DNA of 64,000 nucleotides from Daphnia carinata (GCF_022539665.2 NC_081331.1:8494001-8558000); one strand, 5' to 3'; shown: positions 51,443-63,820, counted from the stretch's first letter. Notes: generated by a model not told the origin, from the sequence alone. Program-made: numbers and translations.

Positions 51443-52399
51443 CAGTGTTCTGTCGAATATGAAAAAACTTGATTCGTTTGTAAACGAATACTGTTACAGT
51501 TTCTTCATTGACTCATACAATTGCACGGGGAAAATACAACAAAGACATACAAACAAAACACATACACATATCATAATTCTATTTATACACACATCGCGAA
51601 CGGAAGCCAGCAGTCATGCAAGGCTCCTTCTTAAAGGACTTACGCGAGGGCGGCCAGCTAACAGCAGAGCCCCCTCTTAGCGTCCTATCGGACATCGGGC
51701 CAAATCCCGACTCCCAGTCTGAATAAAAGGGAGGCCAGAGGTCGACTCACGTTCGACCTGACCTCTAGGGGAAAGACAGCAATAACGAAAAAAGAACACT
51801 GTAACAAAGTTAGGAAACAGATGGCGGCCCTTACAAAACAGACCAAAGAAGGCAACAGTTGCAACACTCGGCCTTTCCTGACTCGAAGTTTCACTATTAA
51901 TGATAACAATAAAATTTGAAAATTTCTCGGCTGAACTCTAGGGGAAAGACAGCAATAACGAAAATAGAACATGGTAACAAAGTTAGGAAACAGATGGCAA
52001 CACTTACAAAACAGACCAAAGAGGGCAACAGTTGCAACAATACGAATGAGCCACGTAAACGAACACGAATAACGAATAAATGGACGTTTTATTCGCGAAT
52101 ACGAATAACTTTCGAATAACGAATAACGAATGAATTTTCGAATCAAATATCGAATAAAAATGGCATTTAGCCTACCTTCAGAAAAAAAACAGGACAGCAA
52201 TCAAAACAAGACTGCCTGTCGTACAAGAAAATTACTTATTCGAAATTGTATTCGAAATGATGAAATATGATTTTACAACGAATAAGAATAACGAATACGA
52301 ATAAAGACATTTTTATTCGACGAACAACGAATAAAATGTGCGATTTTTTGCGTTATTCTATTCGAAATTTTATTCGAAAGTTTTATCGACAGAACACTG
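51443..52399. mobile_element. hAT-like MITE inserted in the right arm of the foldback element
   Basis: TIR CAGTGTTCTGTCGA, 8-bp TSD TCAAATAA, CGAATA subterminal repeats. Confidence 0.88.
51492..52039 (-). mobile_element. Collapsed LTR retrotransposon: ~104-bp 5' LTR stub, PPT, and complete 3' LTR (51866-51492)
   Basis: TGTTGC..TAACA termini, 4-bp TSD ATAC, PPT AGGAAAGGCCGAG next to the second LTR copy. Confidence 0.75.
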
Positions 52400-54796
52400 T
52401 CAAATAATACAAACACCATTATATTTATTATTACAGTATATTATTATAACATCAATCATTATCTTCTTACAGCATAAAAGATGATTAAAAACGGGTGCTT
52501 CTTATCAGAGGTACAGGTAAGCCAGTCTAAATACAAAAGTCTGTAATAAATGGGTAGGTGTGTCGGGCTAAATTGAACGTAAAGGTAGGTAAAGCGGATT
52601 TTTAAAAAAGAAGGGGTAGGTTTTTCGGGTTCAACTAAACGAAGGAGTAGGTGTATCGATCAGCTTTCAACAAAGGGTTAGGTATGTCGGTCTGTATTAA
52701 TCGATGGGGTAGGTGTGTCGTCCGGTTTCCAACGAAGAGGTAGGTATGTCGGACAGCTTTAATTGAAAGGGTTGGCGTGTTGTTCAATTTCATTCGAAGT
52801 GGTAGGTATGTCGGACTGTGTTAATCGAAGGGGTAGGTGTGTCGATCCGTTTTAAACGAACGGGTAGGTATGTCTGTTTTAATAAAACAAAAAGGTACCT
52901 ATAACGGTTGTAATTGTAGTATATTTATAATGGGGTAGATGTGGCGGGAGCGTCTTTTAATTAATTTAGTGGGTACATATGTCGGGGTAGCTTTGACGGG
53001 GGATGTTTTTCCATTTTCTGCAGAGGTACGTATGTCGGGGTAGATTTGTCGTTTTTTGGGGTACGTCTGTCGAAACCTCTAGGTACTTGTGACGGACGGT
53101 AGCACTGTCCTCATGCCCTTTTACGTCATGAGTTCAGCGCCTCAAGTGGGAACAAGATAAACTATTTTTGACGGGAAAAACTTAGTACCGTCTTCACTTT
53201 AAACAATTCCCGTTCCTAAAATAGTTAATGTTAAGTTACACTACTAAAATGAGATATAGTTTAATGAATATCCTTTCGATTAATGTAATTGCGGCGTCTA
53301 GAAAACATTTCCTATATTTAAAAAAATTTCGAAAAAATGATGTAATGTCATTAGGCATCCTATAAGCACAACGCAGTGTTCGGATAATACATGACTTTTT
53401 TTCGATAGCGCAAGGGACCCTACCGCCATAAGACAACATGTTAAAACGGCTGCGGATGGGGAATGGTCAAGGCTGGGCGGTGACTAGCGACGGACACAGC
53501 TGGGCGACAATAGTAGCTGGACGGTGGCGGGCTGGACAGCGACAGTAGCAGCACTGGTGGACGGGGTTGCACGGCGGATGACGGTAGAGCGCGGATGACG
53601 GACGACGGCAATGAAATGCAACGAGAATACCAAGGGTGAGTGAAGAAATAGTGTTACCAAGCAATGAAGAGACGACTCCGGGAGGCTTCGGTGAAAAATT
53701 GTGTGTATTATTAGTCCTAACCTGGCCTTTATATATCATACAAAAAAAAACACCATTGACGGTTTTACATAATTCACGGAACATAAACTTAAACATTGGA
53801 ATAGGTGTCGCTGCTGTACTGCATTGGCACGGGTTCCACGGATGGCATGCACAATACAAATACCACGAGCGTCGTAAACTACACAAGGAACACCTGAAAA
53901 AACAAGGCAATCAGAGAGCCCTCGGCCGTTTGGTACTAGAAATCAATTTAACATTACCACAGCAGCAATTGTACAGTTATATTGCAATTATACAGTGTAA
54001 TAACCTATGGCGGGTGGAACCGAATAGTAGCGAGGTTAGTGAGCAAACGATGAATTTGCGTGTGACACTTGTATTTACTCTTAGCTGACTGACTTCCCGT
54101 CTGAGGTGGAATCTCTTACAATGATTACCGTTTACCTTGGCCGCTGGGTGGCTACCGTGGGTTAATGCTAAACAGAGTCATCACATACAGAACAAAAACT
54201 TGTTTTACACCCGTTAGCACAGGTGTCGTCTCCGATCTTCATTCACCGGCGTAATTCGAAAATTCGAAACAGGATAAATAAAACCTTAACTATTTAATAT
54301 TAGTCAACCCACAGAATAGTAATTAGGGAATAGTTAACCTCGCTAACTTTAACTAACTTTAAATCAAGGTCACGGCGTGATTCGAAATTAAGACTCCCGA
54401 GTCGCAGTCGGATGCTATAACATTATGCCGCATAGCCAACACTCCTATCCCGAATCCCTCACAAGTTGACATCCACGTTTTATGCATAATTAACCATACT
54501 CACTTGTAGAAGCACTACACTTCGTCATTCTTTCTTCACTTTTTTCTTCTTTCCCTATCTCCAATTAATACAAGTGGTAAATCTAACTTTAAAAGAAATG
54601 AAAGAAAAACGAACCGTTGTGCGTCCTTGGAAGAACGCTACTCGACCCCACACAGCAATAAATAATTCCCCTTAGGACAACGTCAACGAAAACTGACACC
54701 TGTTAAAACAATCCAGTGACACCTCGAGAGACTTAGTGTCGAACTAAAACTTCGAAAAAAAGGGGGAAGCCGAAAATTACAAGTGGAGGGCTCGAC

Positions 54797-54804
54797 TATA
54801 TAAG
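54797..54804 (+). promoter_or_regulatory. Candidate TATA box for ORF 54939-55400
   Basis: TATATAAG about 140 nt upstream of the ATG; tandem AATAAA at 55477-55487 downstream of the stop. Confidence 0.4.
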
Positions 54805-54938
54805 TCAACGCGATTCGAACGTCGATCCTCCACTCACATCATATCATATCATCTCATCAACTCCACTGATCGCCCGCAGACCAGAGAAGCTGCTACACGA
54901 CAGAGAAGAAAAGGAAAAGAAACAACACACATCCCAAT

Positions 54939-55400
54939 ATGGCCGACAACCCACGCCGCCCATGGTTACCCGCTGTTAAGCGTGTCTGCGCCCATCATGG
55001 TAAGCCCACTGACGTCATCAACCAGGCCTCTGCTAGCGTTGACGCTACCGAAGCCACGAACGAGCCTGTGACATCTGCAACCGCATCCCGCTCTAACGAA
55101 GCCGCACGGGAGCCAACAATTCCGCAACCTCCAGAAGATCCCAACACGGTGGAATCTTTTCGGAAGCGAATCCAGGATATGCAGTCGGAATTGAATTACG
55201 TGACCGACGTACTTAGCGAGCAGCTATTGCGTTTCATCGAACTCGGAAAATGGCGTCGGGCTACTGAAAAATTTAAGGAAATTCTGGATCTCGATCCAGC
55301 TAATCGGCCTCCACCACTTTTTGGATGGCCCGCCCAGAGCTGGGGAGACGAGGATTTGTGCATCCATTGCCATAACCCCCGCTATCCTTCACCTGTATAA
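54939..55400 (+). CDS. Intact 153-aa ORF of unknown function (low-complexity N-half, coiled coil, CxxC tail), probable LTR-element accessory gene
   Basis: GC-richer coding-like composition within AT-rich flanks, with TATA and poly(A) signals. Confidence 0.5.
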   Translation: MADNPRRPWLPAVKRVCAHHGKPTDVINQASASVDATEATNEPVTSATASRSNEAAREPTIPQPPEDPNTVESFRKRIQDMQSELNYVTDVLSEQLLRFIELGKWRRATEKFKEILDLDPANRPPPLFGWPAQSWGDEDLCIHCHNPRYPSPV

Positions 55401-56769
55401 CATGTTCTTTTATCAATTATGTTATCCCTACTGACTCATGTGCCTATCATATAGCCATTTCCTGCTTTTTTATTAAAATAAAATAAACCAGGTGCAAGCA
55501 ATAAGTAACTTTCTCCTGTATACACATTTATAAACCATCCCATGAGCCCTACACATAAGAAAAAGGAGATATTCGCGTAGGTAGCCGTCGGAATATAGAC
55601 ATTAGAAAACAGTTATTTTTTATTTTTTTTTATTTTTTCCCGCATTTACGCTACCCTCTATTCTACAATATACAATTTTCTAAGTTCAGTCTAAGTTTTT
55701 TTTTCCCTTTTATCTTTTACGTCAAAACTGCCTTTTGCCGTAGTGCCCTTGAAATACTTCCTTCGTGGTCGAATTCTTTTTCTCCCTTTTTCTCCCTCTC
55801 TTGGGTCCCTCGAATATATATAATATACAAAACAAAATAAAACAATAGTCCATATGCCCCATAAGCCTACGCATCTTCCACTAGGTATTTACGCCTATTT
55901 CTCCCAACCTCCTCGTCTGGAACAAATTTCCCTTGTTTTAAGCGAGCCACTGCTCTCTTCCCCATATGTCTCGCTTCTTTCTAGCGCCATTTCGTTCTTC
56001 CCCCTATCTTTTCCCAAATATTGGACTTAGAAAAATAAAAGCTAGATTTACGTCATTTATTTTATCACATATCATAAATAATTGTTTGATCGCCTTTTTG
56101 CGTAGTTTAGCAACCTTAATGTATGGTAAGTTATCTAGTCAGACTGAGTATTCGAACCTCATACCTCTAGCATCACAGCTGGGCGCTCTGTCATTCAGCT
56201 ATTAGCACCTTTATTACGCTTTGCGTTGAGCTTAGGAAAAATACACCCTTCAAGCCCACCAAGTGCGCCCTTTTTCTCTTGCTCGTGTTTCACTTGCCTT
56301 TTACCCTGTCTGTATCCGCCCTTTGTTGTAACCCAAATGAAAATGGTCCCTATGTGCCTTTCCGTATTTCAATTGTAACCTGTATCTTTTTATTCACCTG
56401 CCTACATGATCCATCCTTTTCGGAATTTTTCTTTTGCATCGTGGAGATCGTTTTTCCCTCTTTCCAATGACATCAGTCATGATATTGAAATACTTACCCT
56501 TATACCAGATAAACTACGTTTTTCCATGCCATATATGCATATTTTTACTCGCTCGCGACCATTGACAACTGTTTAAGGGCTGACGGTAGATCGTTGGCCT
56601 TTTCAATTGCCATCATATATACTTTTCGCTTTTGCTTATTATTTTTCTTCTTTTTATACTACTCTCCCTAGTTTAAGAAACCCACATGATGTCGTGTAAT
56701 GCTTTTATCTTTACCTTTCACTGTTCGATATCGATTGTAATGTTTACTATGTGTTGCCGTCTATAGAAA

Positions 56770-58423
56770 ATGTCACCGATTTCATTCGTGCTGTTGCTAT
56801 GCCTTTACGGATTACACCCGCAGGCGTTTGAAACAACTGTACGCAACTGTTTAGAGCCATCGAAGATGGGAATACTTCAATTTTCTGACGAAAATTGTCG
56901 GCCAATTACGCCTAACAGCACAACCATTAAAGTGAAATATGCAATTTATAGCGAAGAGCGTGCCGCGGCTAAATTTCCCGGTTATGTTTGCGCACGATGG
57001 AAGAATATACGGCGCATTACGATGAACTTTTTCGGCCAATTAGTGATCGTACCAGATAAAATCTCAATTGATACTTCGCCCGCCGAGTGCAACGAAATGA
57101 TAAACCATAAACGATGTGACGATAATCGTATGATTATTTCGGACGATAAGTATGTATTTGATGGCGAACCTGAAATTTTTGGTTATTGGTTACAAACGAT
57201 CGATTCTGAAATTATAAATTGTGTTCTCGAGAAAATCCAACTTTTTCAGCAAAACGAAGATGGTGACTTTGCGACACCTATCGGAATGGCTTCCGCTGCA
57301 ACCGAAAATCTGTCACACAATCACTTAACACTGATTTGGGACACAACCTATACACAATAGACTAAATCGTACACTCGATTGGTGGAAGATGGAATAGGTA
57401 CGTTGGTCCAACTAGCGGGAGACGAAGTGGTTTTCAGACTTCAAGACGACGCCAGACAACTTGATTTCCAACTGGCTCCTATAGAACGCTGTGCTTCCAT
57501 ACAAAACGACTGCTTCAATAGGACTTCGTCGTTTGAGATCAAATTTAACAGCCACCTTGCAGGCTCCTCCACCATCTACCGGCGAAAATTTAAACGTACC
57601 CGCAAATATACAATATATTCGAGACCAGCTGACTGATCATGAAAATGAATTGGCAAATCAAATCAGATTAATACAATGTGAAGCTCGTAAAGCCAAACAC
57701 GAACGAGCGGTAACCACTGCCCAATACAACGGATGGTTGGCAGCTTCGCAATTAAATTTACCACAGTGCACGAAACTGCAAGCCTTTGGTAAAACGGCCG
57801 TACTGATTCAATGTAAGGCTTTAAACGTCACTTTTGAGACTATACTGACATCTTGCGGACCGCAACCAAAGTTTCAAAATTACACTATTAATCTTGACGT
57901 ATGGGAACTTGTGAAATATTCCCCTTGTTACTGGACTAATGGTTTTGTTAATTTCAATGACAAACCTTATGCGTATCGTAACGACACCTGGAAGCCGATG
58001 GAAGCCAATTTTGTGTTACCGGAACAGACGCTTGCGCATTCTTTTCGGTACGAAAATGTTGCGTTCTTCGACTACGAACATCAAAGCAACCCGGCATATA
58101 CCGACAATATGCTAAATCACATGAACATTATGGCCGATATAGCCGCAGCGATAAACGAACATCCACCACCTGAATTTACGTTACGCCATAAATACAGTGC
58201 ATCGAACGTCTTAGTGACATCGGCTAGTGTCGGAACTTATACATCTTGGTGGGAGACTATCAAGAATTACTTCTTCATCGGCATATTATGTCTCTTAGTG
58301 CTTCACTTCTTTCGTATATGCTACGCTTGCGGCTTCTTCACCTTCATCTGGGCCGTCTGTTGTCGCCCTTCGGACGACCCACGACCAGCAGCTACCGAAT
58401 CGATTGCCATGCATCAACTCTGA
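56770..58423 (+). pseudogene. Envelope-like type I membrane glycoprotein with class III viral fusogen features (stop at 57358, frameshift near 57550)
   Basis: Signal peptide, many Cys, N-glycosylation sequons, GYVC..MNFFG..SPAEC fusion-domain-like pattern, long QY..HENE..QCE..G..C helix, C-terminal TM with Cys-rich tail, directly upstream of a PPT/LTR-like start. Confidence 0.78.
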
Positions 58424-58456
58424 TTACGGGACGTAATCGCACGCCGCCGGGAGTGA

Positions 58457-59388
58457 TGTAACGAAGCCGAATATATTACTTTAACTTTTTCTCGCTTTTG
58501 CTTCAGTAGTAAACACAAGTCTAGACATGGCAAGTGCAACACCATGTACGCAGTTCGGCCGACACAGATAAACACCTGCAGCTGACTCACGCAGACGATA
58601 CGTCACCAACATCACGCCACGTCGAACGGCATCTTTTAATTGGCTGCCGCGTGAGCTGCACAACTCCGCCCAATCACGCCACTTTTGCAATATGCAAAGT
58701 TCCGTGATGAACCCAGCTATTGACGGGATCAGACAAGTTGTTGCAGCCGAGCTGATTAGTTGCCTCTAACCAATTTTCCCCTTTGCTTTTAGCAGTAGTA
58801 TTGTGCCTTACTTGATGTTTCGTTAACTAAACCTGTTGGTTAGAACTTGTACGCATTCAGAATTATCCCCGACGTTGATTGTCAAGTCTTACATATTGAA
58901 CTCTTGCTTGTGTTTCGCTCGTGTGGAAGTTGAGTTGTCGAGTTCGCCCAGTGTCGTTTTTCGTCTCGTTCCTATACGTGATGATCACGGTAAGACCCAA
59001 TTATAATTGTCTTCTTTAATTTGTTTCTCAAATGTTTTTCCTTCTTCTTTGTTCTTTGTCTTTTAATTCTTATGTCTTAGCTTGAGATAATACATACATC
59101 ATTGTGGGTAAAACGCCTCGAGTTCAATATATATTTATTGTTTTAAATTCGTGAAGTCCATCTTCCTACACGGGAAGATGCTTTACACTTCCATTCGCGG
59201 GATTTCCTATTACTTTCCGTTTTCTACATTTTCTGACCTTGTATTGACTGATGTTTTATCTGCTTCCCTGAGGTTCTCACTTCCGGTTAATCGGTGTTAC
59301 GGTTTGTCCTTCCCCGATTTCCCCGATTTCTGAACCTTGAATTTCGAGCTTCTGGTTTCCGCTGCTCAGCGCTAAATCTCGCCCTACA
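58457..59388 (+). mobile_element. Putative 3' LTR of the env-bearing element (3' boundary uncertain)
   Basis: GATTACG-GGA-CGTAATC hairpin and purine-rich GGGAGTGA followed by TGTAAC, 33 nt after the env stop; no second copy in the window. Confidence 0.5.
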
Positions 59389-59649
59389 TAAATGCAACAG
59401 CAGTCAGCAAATTTTAATCACATGTCCCGGACTTTCAGCCTTTTAATTAATCTGTTCGGCGGCTTCAGCGCCGAACAGATTAATAAACCCCTTTATGTGT
59501 TAATGTATTTTTGAAATATTCTTACCCAACAATGGTGTTTTTCGTTTAACATGAGGATTAGTTGTCTCTTGGGAAGTTAAAGACCTCGATATTAATCGTT
59601 GCGACTCAGTCATGCCCGATGCATTTCAATTTTGGCCATGGGAAGTTTT

Positions 59650-61830
59650 GCTTCAATCGTTTGTTCCTGGCTGTATGGTTCCTGTAAGGGATAACATTTC
59701 GATTGATTCTAAACATGATAATGGCCAATAAGACTTAACTAAAAAAAAATTAGTTTTTTTACCACACATTGGTCGACAAACTATTGTTGCAGCTAATGGC
59801 TCAGTAAACGGTCCAGCATTTATAGTTTCAGTCACGCAACTCTCTTCCATATCAGAATCAGAATTCTCAGAACCGACAGATGATAGTAAAAAGTTTGTAT
59901 CCCGACTATCTTTCATTGACAAATCACTAATATCAATTGGGTCAACTTCACTGCTAAGTCTTTCGTCAAAGTAGATGGATGAAGTCGGTAACCAGGATTG
60001 TGTGAGCTGTTTGGCTTTTTACTGTTGATTTCGTATCCTTCTACATCCCTCTGATCTGAGTATCTCCTTGAATTGATCAAAAATATCCCTGCTGACTCTG
60101 ACGTGTCAGACCCATCTTTTTTGTTCATGGCTTTTTCAAAAGAATCTATTGAAACAAATAAATTTATTAGTACATAACAATTGTACATATACTAACATAA
60201 CTTACCGTGACTAGAAAGAATTTTGCAATTATAGCGTTTCGATGACATTCTCAAAATTGCAATACCCTCAGACAATTTTCGGTGATTTTTGGAAGGCAAG
60301 GAACACCATCCACCATGACCCCAGGTACTAGGGACGACTTCATTTTCTTTAGTTTTGTCTTGAAATTGCACGGTTAACAATGTAGTCTTTTTAATCAGAT
60401 GTCAGCCAGTGAAAGTTAAACCCAAACGATAATAAACACACAAGAAAATCCACTTGTTCACTGTAAAATTTAGCACCACTTCTTTTAATAACTGAAACTA
60501 GACTGAAAAAAGTGAGAAAAAAGGGGGTGTATTTCTGAAATGGTTCGGGACTCGCTTTTAGTTTGTCATTTGTTTTTTTTTCCAATTTCTCAAGCACTCT
60601 CTTTTGAAACTGTCGTCTGATATAAGTGAATTATGACCATATTTTCATTCTGAAATGTTATTGATTGATTAGTTGTTTGTTACGTGCTTAAACATCACAA
60701 CTTAAACCATCACTACAGTATGTATATCAGGAAAAGTGTTTCTATTGTTGTATTTTGATTTGACTTTTTTAATTATCAGAGTAATGACAGATAGAAATAA
60801 AAGGAGGCGAAATCAGGAAAATGCATCATACTTCAATTTTTGTGTGAGGATGACAACTACTCATATGACTTGTCAGAGTCAGATGTCAAAGTTGGTTCGA
60901 TTTCCTGCCAACTTGATGTTGAAGGTGGTATTGTCCCTGATACACTAGCAGAAATTCAAATCCAACGGATACCTACATTAGACGTAAAAGCACATTATCT
61001 TGAATAAAATTTTTTGAAGTCTGAAAATAACCTTGCTTTGGTAAAAAGGAGCCCACAACACCTGTGGCAGTGTTCCTGACGTCTTCAGAGAACTATTCTG
61101 ACGAGCAAGTACCAGACAGTCGTGGTAGTGATAGTAATCTTGAAGAATCGTTATCTACAACAATAGATTACGATTATTATCTACGACAATAGAATTTGAT
61201 TTTGAGGGAACAGCAGCAAAAAATGAAGTGTCAACTGGCGAACTTGCCCTAGGGCGCAGTTAGCTACGTGAAAATAGAAAATCACATAGACTTTTCCAAA
61301 TGCGATCAACTATTGAAAATTTTGCATCCCTCATCCTGATCTTCCTCTGTCAACCCGAACTCTTGTAAAAACACCTCGGAAAGCGAGTAAACATTCCAGG
61401 AATTCGACACTTGAAATCCGATGTTGAGGCCGATAGTTGTGTTTTTCTTAAAGACATACATAAAGACGATAGTCCTGAGATAGTCTGATCTTGGGCGTCT
61501 TAGGAATATCTTATTCTAATCTTAGTCCTAAGTCCCGAGTTTGTCTTTCCGGGGACATCCTTAAGACATCTTTTTTTAGCTTCGAATCTCCTTGTCGTTA
61601 ATTAAGCCTGTCTTGACATCTTAAAGACGTTACTTTTTAGTCTTCGTATCCCGTTGACCAAAGGAAGTCCTGACCAGATATCTTTGAGACGTCCTTTTTT
61701 GGACAGAGATGTCTTTGTACCAAAGTAGGCCTGACTGGACAACTTTTAGACGGCCTGTTTTAGTCTGGGATGTCTTTGGGGCTATGGGACATCCTTGGCA
61801 TATCTTACAGTCAACCCGGTGCTATGTGGG
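59650..61830. mobile_element. Decayed, internally deleted second EnSpm/CACTA element (right end only)
   Basis: Terminus GTGCTATGTGGG (rc CCCACATAGCAC) with GACGTC/GACATC repeats; transposase N-terminal relic DQLLKILHP..LPLSTRTLVKTP (+) and ORF2-like VQF..EVVPSTW (-). Confidence 0.62.
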
Positions 61831-62282
61831 TAATGTGGTGGTGGTGGTATTCAGTGGGCTATAGTCTGAGATTGATTGGGCTTCGTATATGATATTCTTT
61901 ATTTGTTGATCGGTTCGGGGCGTCTGACTGGGGGTTCTAGGAAGAAATCGATGAGTAGGTCCGTTTTTTCTTTGGGGTCGGTGATAACGAGTTCACCATT
62001 GGCCCAGAGCGCTGCTGATGGCGCTGTGTGGTTGCGACAAGTCATCGTTTTAGTAAATAATTTACGGTAGGTAAAACGTAACTAATGTGAAAGGGGGTGT
62101 GGGGATGAGATGCCATTTTTGGGGTTGTTCCTCTTGAAAAATTTGTGGGTAGAAAATTTGGGTAAAAATTTGTGGGTAAAAACTTATGGGTAGAAAGGGT
62201 TAGACCAAAGAACACAGTGGTTGGCAAAAAAGAAAAAGTGGTGAAGAATAACGTTCCAGTTTATGTTACCAAACACACAGTA

Positions 62283-63018
62283 GGGGAGACCGGGGCTAAT
62301 AGGGACACGGATTAGTTGGGACAAGCTATGTTTTTACAAAAACGCTTAATTATAAAACTATGCAATTTATACATCATGTTTGCTAACTACATGGGCATTT
62401 GGGGATGAGTTTTTGTGGTAGAGGTTGCATCCGTTGTTGAGATACGGCCATAAGAAATTTTTAAGGGTTCGTAAAATTATGTTGTGCTCTAATAAAATAT
62501 TTATTTACGACTACGTTCTTTGATGTATAATTTTGCAAAAAATATGGTGAAATCCACTGTTTATTTTCCCACATTTCCTTGGTTTTCAAAAAAAAATTGT
62601 GAAGCGGTTTGCTGAAAATCACACATTTTCAAAGACACCACCTATGGGGCAGGTTGGGACAACAAATTCTGTGGTAAAATGGGACAGGATAAAGCTATTC
62701 CGTGGCCGGATATATAAATTCCTTTCTTGCCACTATGTTAATTTTTTCGTCCAAATTATTAGAACTCAGCTGTGATTTTACAGTTTGTATTTTCATCATT
62801 CTTATTTCAGTGTTAAAAAGTTTTTTAAATGCTGACCTCACTTTTTATCGTTTCATCAAAATAACTCGAAAACTTTTACAGTTTAAAGCTTCTAATTTAT
62901 TTTTTAATTAAACCCCTAATTTCTATTATCTCAAATTTTTTAAACAAAATCCTTATCGTACTTCGAGTGGTATAATTCTTGTTTCAACTGCCTTGCGTCC
63001 AATTGCGGCCTAACTCCC
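62283..63018. mobile_element. Diverged or chimeric TA-MITE related to 14184-14902
   Basis: Left end TA-GGGGAGACCGGGG; 62860-63020 aligns by eye to 14740-14904. Confidence 0.55.
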
Positions 63019-63109
63019 TATACAAGGATTACAAAAGGGCGGAAAAGAAGAATGGTAAGGGCATGCCATTTCGGAACAGATTACTCAAAAACCGTAACTT
63101 CAAAGAAAA

Positions 63110-63820
63110 AACTAAGTTCATTTTCGTGACCCATGTTAAATTTTGGATCTAAATCGTGTATATTATTTGTTTATTGTTTATAAAAATTTTAAAAAGAAAA
63201 GTCGTTGCGTTATAACTACGAAAATCATAAAAAATGGGCATCTCTCAGAACTCAATAAAAAAAAACATACATTATGCTCAAAATCAAACGCTGATTCTAA
63301 CTAAGTAGTTCTAATAAAGTAGGTATATCGCAACTACTTAAATATTTTAGATAATCCAAAAGCTCTGAACTATATGTAAAAACAAAATCCATTTTCATGA
63401 TTCTTGTTAAATTTTTGATTTAAATCATTTATAGTTATCTAGATTTATTGATATTATTTTTTTAAGGGAAAAATTTTTAAGCCCGGCAAAATAAGCCAGA
63501 CTTTCCCATATTTTATATTACTAAAAATCCATAAAAGCCATGCCAAAAAAAGTTCATTGTCATGATTCTAGTAAGTTTTTGAACCTAAATCATGCATAGT
63601 TATCTCTTTTATTGATTATTTAAGAAAAATCGAGGAACTTCGATGTGTCGCGCTAGCGCTGTAGCGTACTGGCGCGCTAGTAGGAATAGGAAAAATCGGG
63701 CTTATTTTGTCGGTTTAAAAATTTTTCCTTAAAAAAAATAATATCAATAAATCTACATAACTATACATGGCTTAAATTCAAAATTTAACAAGGATCACGA
63801 ATATGAATTTTGTTTTTCCG
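63110..63820. repeat. AT-rich direct and inverted repeats, probably the interior of another MITE
   Basis: About 120-bp inverted pair 63385-63510 / 63690-63810, plus direct partial copies near 63118 and 63553. Confidence 0.55.

Larger units (their letters stand above)
42598..53117. mobile_element. GG-ended foldback-type non-autonomous DNA transposon (Merlin- or MULE-like) with ~700-bp imperfect TIRs
   Basis: Ends GGGATAGAGACAGTG / GGCATGAGGACAGTG, 8-bp TSD CTTTTACG (42590-42597, 53118-53125), arms full of CCTACCC/GGGTAGG repeats. Confidence 0.85.
16180..53446. mobile_element. Palindromic Tc1/mariner-type MITE (~1 kb of own sequence: 16180-16702, 42573-42597, 53126-53446) inflated by nested insertions
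   Basis: Starts TA-CAGTACCC. 53126-53446 is the reverse complement of the left arm (with an internal deletion, last ~40 bp missing). The central spacer rejoins across both TSDs and matches the uninterrupted copy at 5613-6209. Confidence 0.82.

Noticed and set aside
53447..54088. GC-rich stretch and 147-150 aa ORFs at the truncated MITE end
   Set aside because: No motif, terminus or TSD is identifiable, so the origin is unresolved.
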